Below the pieces are notes generated by a model. The model saw only the letters and a program-made list of their open reading frames with translations, was not told where the DNA came from and ran no database searches. Both the position numbers and the translations under genes were made by a program. Source: Phycisphaerales bacterium (GTDB taxonomy: Bacteria; Planctomycetota; Phycisphaerae; Phycisphaerales; UBA1924). From it: a stretch of 64,000 bases of DNA. The first letter of the stretch is position 1, and the number at the start of each line of letters is the position of its first letter. Below are positions 9,710 to 19,462 of the stretch, piece by piece. The stretch is taken from positions 9,200 to 73,199 of the forward strand of contig DASVYC010000054.1 in assembly GCA_036392375.1 (NCBI GenBank). The letters are read 5' to 3'.

Positions 9710-11806
9710 TCATCGCCTGGGTGCCCGCGAGGCGCGGGCGGCACGCATCTGCTCGCCGCTGGGTTCGGTGGGCCCGCCCGCGGCCTTGCTGATCCAGCGG
9801 ATGAGACCGGGCACATCCAACTCGACTTCGGCGAGCTGCTTGGCGCGGCTGTCCTGCAGGATCCACGCGTCGGGCAGGCCGTGGCGGGTGATCTTGGCGT
9901 TGTCGAGGCCCATCTCGGCCGCCGCCTCAACGACAGCGGAGCCGAATCCCCCGATCACGCTGTGGTCCTCAATCGTGAGGATTGGGATGCCGCGGCGGAC
10001 AAGCGAGGCGATGAGGGCGGTGTCCACGGGCTTGGCGAAGCGGGCGTCCCAGACGCCGACGCGGACGACGCCCTGCAGTTTCTCCGCTGCTTCAACGGCG
10101 GTGATGGCGGGCGTGCCGAAGGCGAGGATGGCGACGTCGATCTCGGTGTCGCTTCCCGCGAACTCGGGCGTGAGGCAGCGGGCCTTGCCGAGCTCGAAGG
10201 GCGGGCAGGGCTCGCTCGCGAAGCGGGGGCTGACCGTGTCGCGGGGGTAGCGTGCCGCGGAGAGGCCCGCGTCGTAGTTCCGCATGAACTCGATCGCGGC
10301 CTTGAGGCTGGGCTCGTCGATGGGCGCGACGAGTGCGGCGTTGGGCAGGGTGCGGAGCAGGGCGACATCGCAGAAGCCGTGGTGCACGGCTCCGTCCCCG
10401 CCGACCAGGCCGGCGCGGTCGAGCAGCAGGCGAACGGCCAAGCCTTGCAGCGAGACTTCCTGGAATGCTTGGTCAAACGCTCTCTGCAGGAATGTCGAAT
10501 AGACGGCGAAGAAGGGCTTCCAACCTGTCTTCGCGAGACCGGCCATCATGTCCATGGCGTGGCTCTCGCAGATACCGGTGTCGAAGGCGCGATCAGGGTA
10601 CTTGTTGAGCGACTTGGTGACGCCGGTGCCGTCGGGCATGGCCGCGGTCGCGCAGACGACGCGGAGGTCCTTGTCCATTGTCTCGAGTAAGATGTCGCCG
10701 ATGGCGGCGGTGAACGAGCGGCCCTCGCTCTTGATCTCGACGCGGCAGCCTTCCTTCACCATTTCGCCGTCGGGGTTGGTGACGGTGAACGCGGCGGGCG
10801 AGTGGAAGCGGGTGGTGTCCTTCTCGGCGAACTCGTAGCCCTTGCCCTTGACGGTCTTGACGTGCAAGACCATGGGCTTATCGAAGTCGCGGGCCTCGCG
10901 GAGGAACTCGATGAGCGTCGGAATGTCGTGGCCGTCGATCGGGCCGACGGTGACGAGGCCGAAGTGCTCAAACCAGCCGCCCTCGATCTTGTCGGTGTGG
11001 AAGAGGCTCTTGGCGGCCTCGCCGGCGGCGTGGTAGGCCTCCTTCAGCACGCTGCCGCCGGGAACCTTCTTGAGGGCTTCCTTGGCCTGCTTCTTGAACT
11101 GGCCGTAGGACTGACTGAGGCGCAAACGGTCGAAGTAGGTGGCGAGCGCGCCCTGGGGCTTGCTGATGCTCATGCCGTTGTCATTGAGGACGACGAGGAA
11201 CTGGCGCTTGAGGATGCCGGCGCCGTTGAGGCCTTCCATCGCGACGCCGTTGGCGATCGAGGCGTCACCGATGACGGTGACGACGCGGCGGCCGTCGGGC
11301 TTGGCGGACGGCTCGAAGCCTTCCTTGTTGAGCGTGTCGCCTCGGGCCATGCCGACGGCGGTGGAGATACCGGTGCCGTCATGGCCGACGCGGAAGAGGT
11401 CATACGGCGATTCCGCGGGCTCGGGGAATCCGGCCATGCCCTGACGGGTGCGGAGGTTCTCTAGCAGGCCAAAGCGGCCGGTGAGCAGCTTGTGCGGGTA
11501 ACACTGGTGGCCGACGTCGAAGAGCAGGCGGTCGTGGGCGAAGTCGAAGACGTAGTGCAGAGCGATCGAGAGTTCGACGACGCCCAGGTTGGGGGCGAGG
11601 TGGCCGCCGACCTTGGAGACTTGGTCGTAGATGGCACGCCGGATCTCGGCGGCGAGAACCGGGAGCTGGTCGATCGGCATCTTGCGCACGTCGGCCGGAC
11701 CGGTGAGGGCCGACAGCAACGGAAACGCCGAGGCTGGAGTGATAGGGGCGGGTTTGGAACCGGCAGCGTTGCGCGTGTCTGACATCGTGTCCGTCCGTTC
11801 GCTCAT
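9710..11806 (-). CDS. dxs: 1-deoxy-D-xylulose-5-phosphate synthase
   Basis: 698-aa ORF with a TPP-binding GDG motif (VIGDASIANGVAMEGLN) and transketolase-like pyrimidine-binding and C-terminal domains. Full-length Dxs-like; start could be an internal Met a few codons in. Confidence 0.95.
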   Translation of the reverse strand: MSERTDTMSDTRNAAGSKPAPITPASAFPLLSALTGPADVRKMPIDQLPVLAAEIRRAIYDQVSKVGGHLAPNLGVVELSIALHYVFDFAHDRLLFDVGHQCYPHKLLTGRFGLLENLRTRQGMAGFPEPAESPYDLFRVGHDGTGISTAVGMARGDTLNKEGFEPSAKPDGRRVVTVIGDASIANGVAMEGLNGAGILKRQFLVVLNDNGMSISKPQGALATYFDRLRLSQSYGQFKKQAKEALKKVPGGSVLKEAYHAAGEAAKSLFHTDKIEGGWFEHFGLVTVGPIDGHDIPTLIEFLREARDFDKPMVLHVKTVKGKGYEFAEKDTTRFHSPAAFTVTNPDGEMVKEGCRVEIKSEGRSFTAAIGDILLETMDKDLRVVCATAAMPDGTGVTKSLNKYPDRAFDTGICESHAMDMMAGLAKTGWKPFFAVYSTFLQRAFDQAFQEVSLQGLAVRLLLDRAGLVGGDGAVHHGFCDVALLRTLPNAALVAPIDEPSLKAAIEFMRNYDAGLSAARYPRDTVSPRFASEPCPPFELGKARCLTPEFAGSDTEIDVAILAFGTPAITAVEAAEKLQGVVRVGVWDARFAKPVDTALIASLVRRGIPILTIEDHSVIGGFGSAVVEAAAEMGLDNAKITRHGLPDAWILQDSRAKQLAEVELDVPGLIRWISKAAGGPTEPSGEQMRAARASRAPRR

Positions 11807-12082
11807 CCGTGCCGCGGCGGTGCCAAGCCGCGACCCCCACGAGTTCCCCAGTTCCCGATGATCTTCACCGGGAGCTCTTTGTGCCTACTGAAAACGATAG
11901 GAAGGCAGGGGCAAATCCCTCAGCGAGATCTTGGGGCTCAAACGATGCCGGGGTCTGTTGTGTTCGTCGGAAGATCACGATTCGATGCGAGAGGTGGCGT
12001 TCTCGGGCCCTTCAACGCGGGGAGGCCGCGACCACCGCCAACACACCAACTCACTGCAGAGGGCGCCCGGTTCCTGTCCGAG

Positions 12083-13033
12083 TCACTTGGTGCGGGTCGC
12101 GAGGAAGTCGCACAACGCCCGCAGGGGCTCTGCCGGGGCTCCGAGCGGGGAGAGATGTGCAAGGGACTCTTCACGCAAGCGGCGGATCTCGGCGAGGCAC
12201 TTTTCGAGGCCCGCAGCGCCGCCGCCGAAGGCCAGTGGGTACGTGAGCTTCCCAGCGTCCTTGTCCTTGCCGGTGCGTTTGCCGGTGTGCTCGGCGGACT
12301 GTGTCTCGTCGATGACGTCGTCCACGATCTGGAACATGAGGCCGATGGTCTCGCCGTAACGGGCGAGCGCGGCGCGGCGGGTCTCGACCAGCTTGGTGTC
12401 CACGCCCGAGAGTTCGGCGCACACCGCGCCCATCACGCACGAGGCCCGGATCAAGGCGCCGGTCTTGTGGCGGTGAATCTCCTTCACCTTGAACAGCGGC
12501 TCGAGCCCCGGGGCGGCGCCGGGGATGGTGTCGTAAACCTGACCCACGATCATGCCCGTGGTCGCGGTCATGAGCTCGCGGACCAGGCGGTGGCTGATCG
12601 CCGCGTCGCGCTCGCCGGCGAGCTTGGGATTCACGACGCCGCTGGTGATGGGATCGAACGCCAGCGTCATCATGGCGTCTCCGGCGAGGATGGCCATGGC
12701 TTCACCGGCGTGCTTGTGGAGCGTGGGCTTGCCGCGGCGCAGGTCGTCGTCGTCCATCGCGGGCAGGTCGTCGTGAACGAGGCTGAAGCAGTGGACCAAT
12801 TCAACTGCGACGGCGGCGGCGAGGGCGTCGTGGGGGTCTCCCCCGGCGGCGGCGCACGCGTGACAGGCAAGCACGGGGCGGAGTCGCTTGCCTCCCCCCA
12901 GGAGCGAGTAGGCGATCGCGTCGCGCAGGCGGTCACCGACCTTGAGGGCGGCCACGTAGCGATCGAGCGCCTGCTCGATGGTCGCCATGGGGGCGAAAAT
13001 GTCCGGAGATGCCGTCATCGCCCCGGCCGACAT
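12083..13033 (-). CDS. ispA: polyprenyl (farnesyl/geranylgeranyl) diphosphate synthase
   Basis: Start taken at the ATG ending at 13033 (MSAGAMTASPD), which overlaps the ptsN stop as ATGA. First and second Asp-rich motifs LVHDDLPAMDDDDLRRG and FQIVDDVID. The upstream part of ORF 12083..13477 is Arg/Pro-rich and treated as an artefact. Confidence 0.9.
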   Translation of the reverse strand: MSAGAMTASPDIFAPMATIEQALDRYVAALKVGDRLRDAIAYSLLGGGKRLRPVLACHACAAAGGDPHDALAAAVAVELVHCFSLVHDDLPAMDDDDLRRGKPTLHKHAGEAMAILAGDAMMTLAFDPITSGVVNPKLAGERDAAISHRLVRELMTATTGMIVGQVYDTIPGAAPGLEPLFKVKEIHRHKTGALIRASCVMGAVCAELSGVDTKLVETRRAALARYGETIGLMFQIVDDVIDETQSAEHTGKRTGKDKDAGKLTYPLAFGGGAAGLEKCLAEIRRLREESLAHLSPLGAPAEPLRALCDFLATRTK

Positions 13034-13506
13034 CACACCCGCCCCGGCGTCGCCGCCTGCTGGCTGCGGATGAGGTCGTACACCTCCTGAGGGCTGTTGG
13101 CGGCGTAGAGGCGCTCGCGGAAGGCCTCGGACATCATGAGGCGACTGACCTGAGCCAGGGCCTGGATGTGATCGCTGGTTTTGTCCGGCGGACTGGCGAG
13201 CAGGACGATGAAGCGAACCGGCTGGCGATCGATGGACTCGAACTCCATGGGCGCGGCGGGCTTGCCGATGGCCATGGCGAGCCCGTTGATGCCGGGGCAC
13301 TTGCCGTGGGGGATGGCCAGGCCGTGCCCGATGCCGGTAGTGCGGGTCTGCTCGCGGGTCCAGACGGCGTCCTTGAGGGCGGCGACATCGGAGACGGCGC
13401 CGGCGGCGCCCAAGACGTCGACGAGCTCGTTGATGACGCCACGCTTGTCGGTCGCGACGAGCGGGGCGCGGATGCAATCGAGTCGGAGTATGTCGAGGAG
13501 GTTCAT
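13033..13506 (-). CDS. ptsN: PTS EIIA-type nitrogen regulatory protein (EIIA-Ntr)
   Basis: 157-aa ORF with a PTS_EIIA_2 fold signature and phospho-His region GIGHGLAIPHGK. Confidence 0.85.
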   Translation of the reverse strand: MNLLDILRLDCIRAPLVATDKRGVINELVDVLGAAGAVSDVAALKDAVWTREQTRTTGIGHGLAIPHGKCPGINGLAMAIGKPAAPMEFESIDRQPVRFIVLLASPPDKTSDHIQALAQVSRLMMSEAFRERLYAANSPQEVYDLIRSQQAATPGRV

Positions 13507-13595
13507 GCGCCGGTCACAAGGAGGTACGGTTGGGCCGCGGTCGACAGGGCGGGAGTGTACGCCCGGACCCGCGAGACTTTCCGCCGCGGAAGTGG

Positions 13596-15032
13596 TCAGA
13601 CGGGGGCTCGGCCCACCGCCACGTACGACCCGTCGTTCCAGCCTGCGGGGTCGTCACCGGGTGAGCCCTCGGGCATGGAGCGTCGGTCGACCATGAGCGT
13701 GCAACCCATGGCGCGGGTCATGTGATCGCGCTGGCCCTCGTTCTCCTCGTGTTCGAGGCTGCAGGTCGAGTAGGCCAAGAGACCTCCGGGGCGCAGCAAT
13801 GACCGCCCGGTGGCGAGGATCTCGCGCTGCAACCGGACCAGCTCGTCCAAGGCCTTGGCGTCGAGCCGGTAGCGGGCTCCGACGCGGCGGCTGAGCACGC
13901 CGCTGTTGCTGCAGGGGACATCGAGCAGCACGGCATCCGCGACGCCGACGCCGCCGTCCTGGCAGGCCCGCGGCGCGTGCTGTGCGTGGAGCACGCGGAT
14001 GCGGGGCTCGTTGGCAAAGACGCGTCGGAGTGTGGCGAGGCGATCGTCGTCTACTTCGCACGCGATCACCGTGGCATGCGGGAAGGCGCGGAGGAGTTGG
14101 CGGGTCTTGGTCCCTTGCCCGGCGCACAGGTCGACGACCAGACGCGCGTCGGCGGCGTCGGTCCCACTGGCCTGTGCGACCGTGCGCACGACCTCCGCCG
14201 AGGCCGGGTCCTGCACCCAGATGCCGCAGCGATCGAGGCATGGGGCCAGGGCGGAGCGCTCGCCCCGCCAGACCGATGCGTGCTCCCGCCGATGGGGCGT
14301 GAGGTCGCCGGCGCTCACGGCGTCGGCGAGCGCCGCCGTCGCGGCTTCGGTGTTCACGATGGTCGGCGCGGGGCCGATGCCCTTGAGCGCGACCGCCGCC
14401 GCGGCGTCGAGTCCGAAGGCCTGCACCCACTTGTCGAAGAGCGGCTTGGGGGTGCTGGTGAGGATCGCGATCCGTTTGGCTTCGTCGGGAGGGAGGCACG
14501 GACGCGTGAGCAGCAACGAGCGTCCGTCGGGAAGAGGCACCGCGTCGAGGCGGGTGCGCCAATCGTCGCCCCGCGGGATGCGCTCGGCGCAGAGCTCCGC
14601 GACCCGGCGGAGCACCGCGTTCACGAGACCGCCGGCACCCACCCGAACGCGGGCCTTGGCGATGTGCACGCTCTGATCGATGGCTGCGTGCGGCGGGACC
14701 TTGTCGAGAAGGACCATCTGAGCTGCCCCTACCAGCAGCACGCCCTGCACACCCGGCTCGAGCGATCGAAACGGACGGTCGAGCCCGAGGCCAATGAGAA
14801 ACTCGAGCGTCAGCCATCGGCGCAGCACGGCGTCGTGCATCGCGTGTGCGAACGCGGCGTCGCGCCCTTCGAACTCGTCGAACGAAGCGCTGAGCGGGAG
14901 ATCGGGGAACGACGCGACCATCGACGCCAAAAGGCCGGTGACACGATCGCGCACGGGGTCGATCGGGCCTCGCCCGGCGGGCGGCCGCGAGCCGCGGGCC
15001 GGGCGAAGCTGGGATGGAGGCCGATCAGACAT
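13596..15032 (-). CDS. rsmB: 16S rRNA (cytosine-C5)-methyltransferase, RsmB/Sun family
   Basis: Start taken at the ATG ending at 15032 (MSDRPPSQ). NusB-like N-terminal domain; SAM motif VVDLCAGQGTKT; catalytic region DAVLLDVPCSNSGV and AYSTCSLEHEENE. Confidence 0.85.
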   Translation of the reverse strand: MSDRPPSQLRPARGSRPPAGRGPIDPVRDRVTGLLASMVASFPDLPLSASFDEFEGRDAAFAHAMHDAVLRRWLTLEFLIGLGLDRPFRSLEPGVQGVLLVGAAQMVLLDKVPPHAAIDQSVHIAKARVRVGAGGLVNAVLRRVAELCAERIPRGDDWRTRLDAVPLPDGRSLLLTRPCLPPDEAKRIAILTSTPKPLFDKWVQAFGLDAAAAVALKGIGPAPTIVNTEAATAALADAVSAGDLTPHRREHASVWRGERSALAPCLDRCGIWVQDPASAEVVRTVAQASGTDAADARLVVDLCAGQGTKTRQLLRAFPHATVIACEVDDDRLATLRRVFANEPRIRVLHAQHAPRACQDGGVGVADAVLLDVPCSNSGVLSRRVGARYRLDAKALDELVRLQREILATGRSLLRPGGLLAYSTCSLEHEENEGQRDHMTRAMGCTLMVDRRSMPEGSPGDDPAGWNDGSYVAVGRAPV

Positions 15033-15226
15033 GGGAGCGAGTTTAGTTCGCAAGACGAAGCCGCCGCGGAGCACGGGCCGGGTCTCGCTTGGCTCGTAGA
15101 CTTGCGTGACGCATGTCAGTTCGCGATACCCCAAGCCATTCGTCTCCGCCGCGGTCCCGGCCGCCGGCGCGGATCATCACGAGGATTGTCCCGAGCCGCG
15201 AAGCGGGGCGGGGCTTGCTGGCGGGG

Positions 15227-16759
15227 ATGCGGATCCGCAAAAAGCTCTTCGTTCTGCACACCTTTTTCTCACTGGCGCTCACGCTGATTCTCCTGGTGGC
15301 GATCCGACCGGCGATCGCACGCATCCTCGACAGGGCGGACAGCCAGGCCTCGATGGACTTGCTCTCCACGCTGGTCCCCGAACTTTCGACCGCCCGTACC
15401 ACGCAGGCGCCCAGGGTTGTGGAGTTTCTGCGGACTCGGCCGCACGTGGTGGTGAAGGAAGGCTCGGCGAGCGAACTCGAGATCCCGCGCGAGTTGGCGG
15501 TGAACGCGAGCACCACGCCCGGGCGGGTGCTGGAATTGGAGACTCCGCCCTGGGAAGCATCCGCGGCGGTGTTCGTGACCCCGCCGGGGGCGAGCGAGGG
15601 CCGGTACATCGCGCTCTCCACGTCGAGCCCGGCGGCGCGAACGGCGGTGACAGGGCTCTACATCTTCACGCTCATCGCCCTTCTGGTTGTCTATGCGTTG
15701 GTCGTGGTGGCGCTCGAGATCTTTGTACTGCCTCAGGCGGTGTACGACCCGATCCGGCGTGTGCTCGCGGCCGACCGCGCGGTGCAGGAAAACCGGGCGA
15801 CGGACGAGGAGCTGGTGCCGGAGATCTACATCCCACAGGACGAACTGGGCGAGATCATGCGGTCGCGGAACGACTCGATCCGGGCGCTGCGGCGAAACCA
15901 GCAGGCGCTGAATGAAGCGCTCGGTCAACTCGAAGCCGCGGCCGGCGACCTGAAGAAGAAGAACTACCTGCTTGAGACTGCCCAGCGAAACCTGGCGGAC
16001 GCGGACCGGCTCGCGAGCCTGGGCATGATGTCGGCGGGGATCGCGCACGAACTAAACACGCCTCTGGCGGTAATCAAGGGCAGCGTCGAGCAGATCGCCC
16101 AGGACCCGTCCAAGCCGGTCGAGCCGGCGCGGGCCACGCTGATGCTGCGGGTGGTGCAGCGGCTCGAACGCTTGAGCGAGAGCTTGCTGGACTTTGCCCG
16201 CGTGCGCCCGCCGCGCTCGCGGGAGACGGCGTTGGCCCCGCTGGTGGAAGAGGCGGCGACACTGGTGCGACTGGACCGCTCGATCCGCATGCCGTCGCTT
16301 GAGAATCGCGTGCCACCCGGGCTTGCCACGGTGTGCGACCCCGATCGCATGACGCAGGTGCTGGTGAACCTGATCCGCAACGCGGCGGACGCGATCGCGG
16401 CGACGCCTTCGACGCGGGCGGCTCAGATCGTCGTCGAGGCGGACGAAACCGAGAAAGACGGGCAGCGCTGGGTGAGCCTGCGGATCCGCGACAACGGGCC
16501 GGGGATCAATCCGGCGATCCTGTCGCGGTTGTTTGAGCCGTTCGCGAGCACGCGCCTCGACAGCCGCGGGACGGGGCTGGGTTTGGCGGTCGCCGAGGGC
16601 ATCGTCCGCGAGCACGGCGGGATGCTCTTGGGACGCAACATCGCGGGGCCGGATCAGTCGTCGGTGGGCGCGGTCTTTGAGATACTCCTGCCCCAGGGCA
16701 GCACGCGTGCGGTGGAGGCCGCTTCCGGATACGCTGGCGAGCAGCGATCGTCACCCTGA
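15227..16759 (+). CDS. membrane sensor histidine kinase (HAMP-HisKA-HATPase)
   Basis: ATG at 15227 gives MRIRKKLFVLHTFFSLALTLILLVAI (TM1); a second TM lies around LYIFTLIALLVVYALVVVAL. H-box SAGIAHELNTPL; N and G boxes NLIRNAADA, DNGPGI, GTGLGLAV. Confidence 0.85.
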   Translation: MRIRKKLFVLHTFFSLALTLILLVAIRPAIARILDRADSQASMDLLSTLVPELSTARTTQAPRVVEFLRTRPHVVVKEGSASELEIPRELAVNASTTPGRVLELETPPWEASAAVFVTPPGASEGRYIALSTSSPAARTAVTGLYIFTLIALLVVYALVVVALEIFVLPQAVYDPIRRVLAADRAVQENRATDEELVPEIYIPQDELGEIMRSRNDSIRALRRNQQALNEALGQLEAAAGDLKKKNYLLETAQRNLADADRLASLGMMSAGIAHELNTPLAVIKGSVEQIAQDPSKPVEPARATLMLRVVQRLERLSESLLDFARVRPPRSRETALAPLVEEAATLVRLDRSIRMPSLENRVPPGLATVCDPDRMTQVLVNLIRNAADAIAATPSTRAAQIVVEADETEKDGQRWVSLRIRDNGPGINPAILSRLFEPFASTRLDSRGTGLGLAVAEGIVREHGGMLLGRNIAGPDQSSVGAVFEILLPQGSTRAVEAASGYAGEQRSSP

Positions 16760-16788
16760 TACGACCACGACTCCGCCGTGACACACCA

Positions 16789-17427
16789 ATGACACCCAGC
16801 GAGTCCATCTCTGCTCTGCCAACGCCGCCGCGGCTGTCGATCGTCTGCCTCGACGATGACGAGGATTTCCGGCAGTACATCCGCTCGGTGCTGGAAGCGG
16901 ATGGGCACGACGTGCGGGCGTGCGTGAACTCAGCGGAGTTCTTCAGCGCCTGCGAGCAGCGGCTGCCCGACCTGGTGCTGCTGGACATCAAGATGGGCCG
17001 CGAATCGGGCGAGACGGTTCTGGAAGAGATCCGCAAGCGATGGAGCAAGCTTGCGGTCGTGGTCGTGACCGGGTATCCATCGATGGACTCGATGCGGGAG
17101 ACGTTCAAGCGCGACGTGTTCGACTACTTGGCCAAGCCGTTCTCGCTGACCGAGCTGCGTCGGGTGCTGTCACAGGCGACGGCGACGCTGGGGCTCGGGC
17201 AGCGGCCGCAGGACCGCCTGCGGGCCGAACTCGGCAAGCACATCCGCCTCGCACGCACCCAAAAGGCCTGGACTCTCAAGGAACTCTCCGACGTCAGCGG
17301 GGTGAGCGTGAGCCAACTCAGCTCGATCGAGCGCGGCACGCACCTGCCGAGCCTGGAATCCCTGCTGGCGATCGCCGGGGCGATGGAGTGCAAGCCGAGC
17401 GAGTGGATGTCGGCGGGTGGGTTCTAG
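16789..17427 (+). CDS. response regulator: receiver domain + XRE-type helix-turn-helix
   Basis: REC motifs (IVCLDDDED, LVLLDIKMG, LAKPF), followed by a Cro/C1-type HTH (WTLKELSDVSGVSVSQLSSIERGTHLPSLESLLAIA). Confidence 0.8.
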   Translation: MTPSESISALPTPPRLSIVCLDDDEDFRQYIRSVLEADGHDVRACVNSAEFFSACEQRLPDLVLLDIKMGRESGETVLEEIRKRWSKLAVVVVTGYPSMDSMRETFKRDVFDYLAKPFSLTELRRVLSQATATLGLGQRPQDRLRAELGKHIRLARTQKAWTLKELSDVSGVSVSQLSSIERGTHLPSLESLLAIAGAMECKPSEWMSAGGF

Positions 17428-17583
17428 ATCAATGTGATCATGTCGAGTGCCACTGGCCGGCGGCTTTGGGCCGGGCAGTGCGACGCACGCGCGACGGCCG
17501 GGCACACGAATCAACTGCAGGTGCCCCCGCACTTTCATTGCCCGACCGCCGAGCCGGTTGGGCAGTGGAACCCGATGCGTCCG

Positions 17584-18042
17584 CTAGCTCAGCGAACCTA
17601 TCGCGACGGGGTGACGGAAGAACTGCTCCCACCACTTCGACACTTGCGGCACCCACCCGGCTTCCACCAAAACTTCCACGGACACCGAAGCGCCGCTCGC
17701 GACACCCAAGGGCCGAAGCGTGATCCGCATGACGTAGTGCCCGCGACCGTCGTGCTCGATCTGCAGCGCAAACTCGTGGTCCTCCGACGTCCGCTCCTCC
17801 GAACTGAATCGCTCGTGCCGCTCGATGGGCATGTCGGTCCACGCGGACGCGAGGTGAAAATGCTCCTCCATATGGGCAGCGCGGCCCGATGCCGTCACTA
17901 CGCCCGGAATGTCAACGCCAAACTCGAATGTCGAGCATTCGAGATCGCCTCGGTGATTTGACAGGGTCAGCGTCGCGTAGATGCCCTGCTGTCCGGGGAT
18001 GCACAGCACGCCTTCGGAGTAGCTCGGGCGTCCGTCGTTCAT
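17584..18042 (-). CDS. hypothetical protein (no family recognised)
   Basis: ORF 17584..18075. The internal ATG ending at 18042 (MNDGRPSY) sits 4 nt after the pdhC stop, suggesting co-transcription. Non-repetitive acidic/hydrophobic composition. Confidence 0.45.
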   Translation of the reverse strand: MNDGRPSYSEGVLCIPGQQGIYATLTLSNHRGDLECSTFEFGVDIPGVVTASGRAAHMEEHFHLASAWTDMPIERHERFSSEERTSEDHEFALQIEHDGRGHYVMRITLRPLGVASGASVSVEVLVEAGWVPQVSKWWEQFFRHPVAIGSLS

Positions 18043-18046
18043 CGCA

Positions 18047-19444
18047 TCACACCAGCAGGGTCGCCGGCTTCTCAAGGAGGCTCTTGACCGTCGCGAGGTA
18101 CTGAGCCGCCATCGCGCCGTCGATGACGCGGTGGTCGCTACTCATGGTCATGTTCATCACATGGCCGGGGACGATCTGGTTGTTCTTGACAACGGGCTTC
18201 TGGATCGCGCCGCCGGCGGCGAGGATGGCGACATTGGGCGGGTTGATGATCGCCGTGAAGTTGTCCACGCCGAACATGCCCAGGTTGCTGATGGTGAAGG
18301 TCGAGTCCGACATGTCCTCGACGGAGAGGCCCTTGTTGCGGGCCTTGTCGGCCAGCCGCTTGGTCTCGCCGCTGATCTGGCGGAGGCCCAGCACATCGGC
18401 GTTACGGAGCGTGGCGACGACGAGGCCGCCGCCGCTGCCGTCTTCGGCCACGGGGAGTGCGATCGCGACGCCGACGTTGACCTCGCCGAGGAACTCGATG
18501 GTCTCGTTGCCGGGCGTGCCGACCCACTTCGCGTTCACGTACGGGTGCTGGTGCATCGCCAGAGCACACGCGCGAACGAGGAAGTCGTTGACGCTGAGCT
18601 TGACGCCCTGCGTGCCGAGCTGTTCGTTGAGCTGGGTGCGGAGGGCGACGAGGGCGTCCATGTCGACCTCGACGCTGACTTGGTAGTGCGGGATGGTGGT
18701 CTTGCTCTCGACCAATCGCTTGGCGATGGTCTTACGCATGTTGGAGAGCTGGATCGTGCGGGGCGTGAGCGTTGCACCGACGGACGGCAGGACGGCGGGC
18801 GCGTTGCGGTTCGGCTTGGCGGGCTGCTCGACGCGCGTGGCGAGATCGCGGGCCGAGCCGGCGCCCGACGCCATGCGCCCGGCAACGCTCGTCGCGCCGG
18901 AGCTGATCGCGGCCTCGACATCCTTGCGGATAATGCGGCCCGCGGGGCCGGAGCCCTGCAGTGAGCCGAGATCGACGTTGGATTCCGCGGCGATCTTCTT
19001 GGCCAGTGGGCTCGCGAAGATGCGACCGCCGTTGTTGGGGTGGCTGGTGCCGTTCGAAGCCGGAGCATCGAGCACCGCGACCGAGCCGCCGGAGGCCGGA
19101 GCCTGCGTCGAGGACCCACCGGCCGCGGCGACGGCCTTGGCAGCAGGAGCCGCTGCGGTCGAACCACCCGCGGCGAACTGCGACTTCACCGACGCGATAT
19201 CTTCACTCGCGCCAGCAAGCACGAGTATGACGGTGCCGATCGGGACGTTCTGCCCCTCGGGCACCGGAATGACCGCGACCGTGCCGTCCTCGAAAGACTG
19301 AAGCTCCATCGTGGCCTTGTCGGTCTCGATGTCAGCAAGCGCGTCGCCGCTCTTGACCTTCTGGCCTTCTTTGACGTTCCACTTCACGACCGTCCCGGCC
19401 TGCATGGTGTCGGAGAGACGGGGCATTTCAATCTTGATGGGCAT
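18047..19444 (-). CDS. pdhC: dihydrolipoamide acetyltransferase, E2 component of the pyruvate dehydrogenase complex
   Basis: Lipoyl domain (DALADIETDKATMELQ), Ala/Pro linker, E3-binding domain (ASPLAKKIA), and catalytic domain ending with the DHRVIDG motif. Confidence 0.92.
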   Translation of the reverse strand: MPIKIEMPRLSDTMQAGTVVKWNVKEGQKVKSGDALADIETDKATMELQSFEDGTVAVIPVPEGQNVPIGTVILVLAGASEDIASVKSQFAAGGSTAAAPAAKAVAAAGGSSTQAPASGGSVAVLDAPASNGTSHPNNGGRIFASPLAKKIAAESNVDLGSLQGSGPAGRIIRKDVEAAISSGATSVAGRMASGAGSARDLATRVEQPAKPNRNAPAVLPSVGATLTPRTIQLSNMRKTIAKRLVESKTTIPHYQVSVEVDMDALVALRTQLNEQLGTQGVKLSVNDFLVRACALAMHQHPYVNAKWVGTPGNETIEFLGEVNVGVAIALPVAEDGSGGGLVVATLRNADVLGLRQISGETKRLADKARNKGLSVEDMSDSTFTISNLGMFGVDNFTAIINPPNVAILAAGGAIQKPVVKNNQIVPGHVMNMTMSSDHRVIDGAMAAQYLATVKSLLEKPATLLV

Positions 19445-19462
19445 GGTGCAATCTCTGTCAGT

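Noticed and set aside
11807-12082. TPP riboswitch in the 276-nt dxs leader (Dxs is TPP-dependent; the leader contains GCTGAGGGA).
   Set aside because: The THI-box core elements (CTGAGA paired with ACCTGATCTGGATAATGCCAGCG-like segment) are not present when the minus strand is read through.
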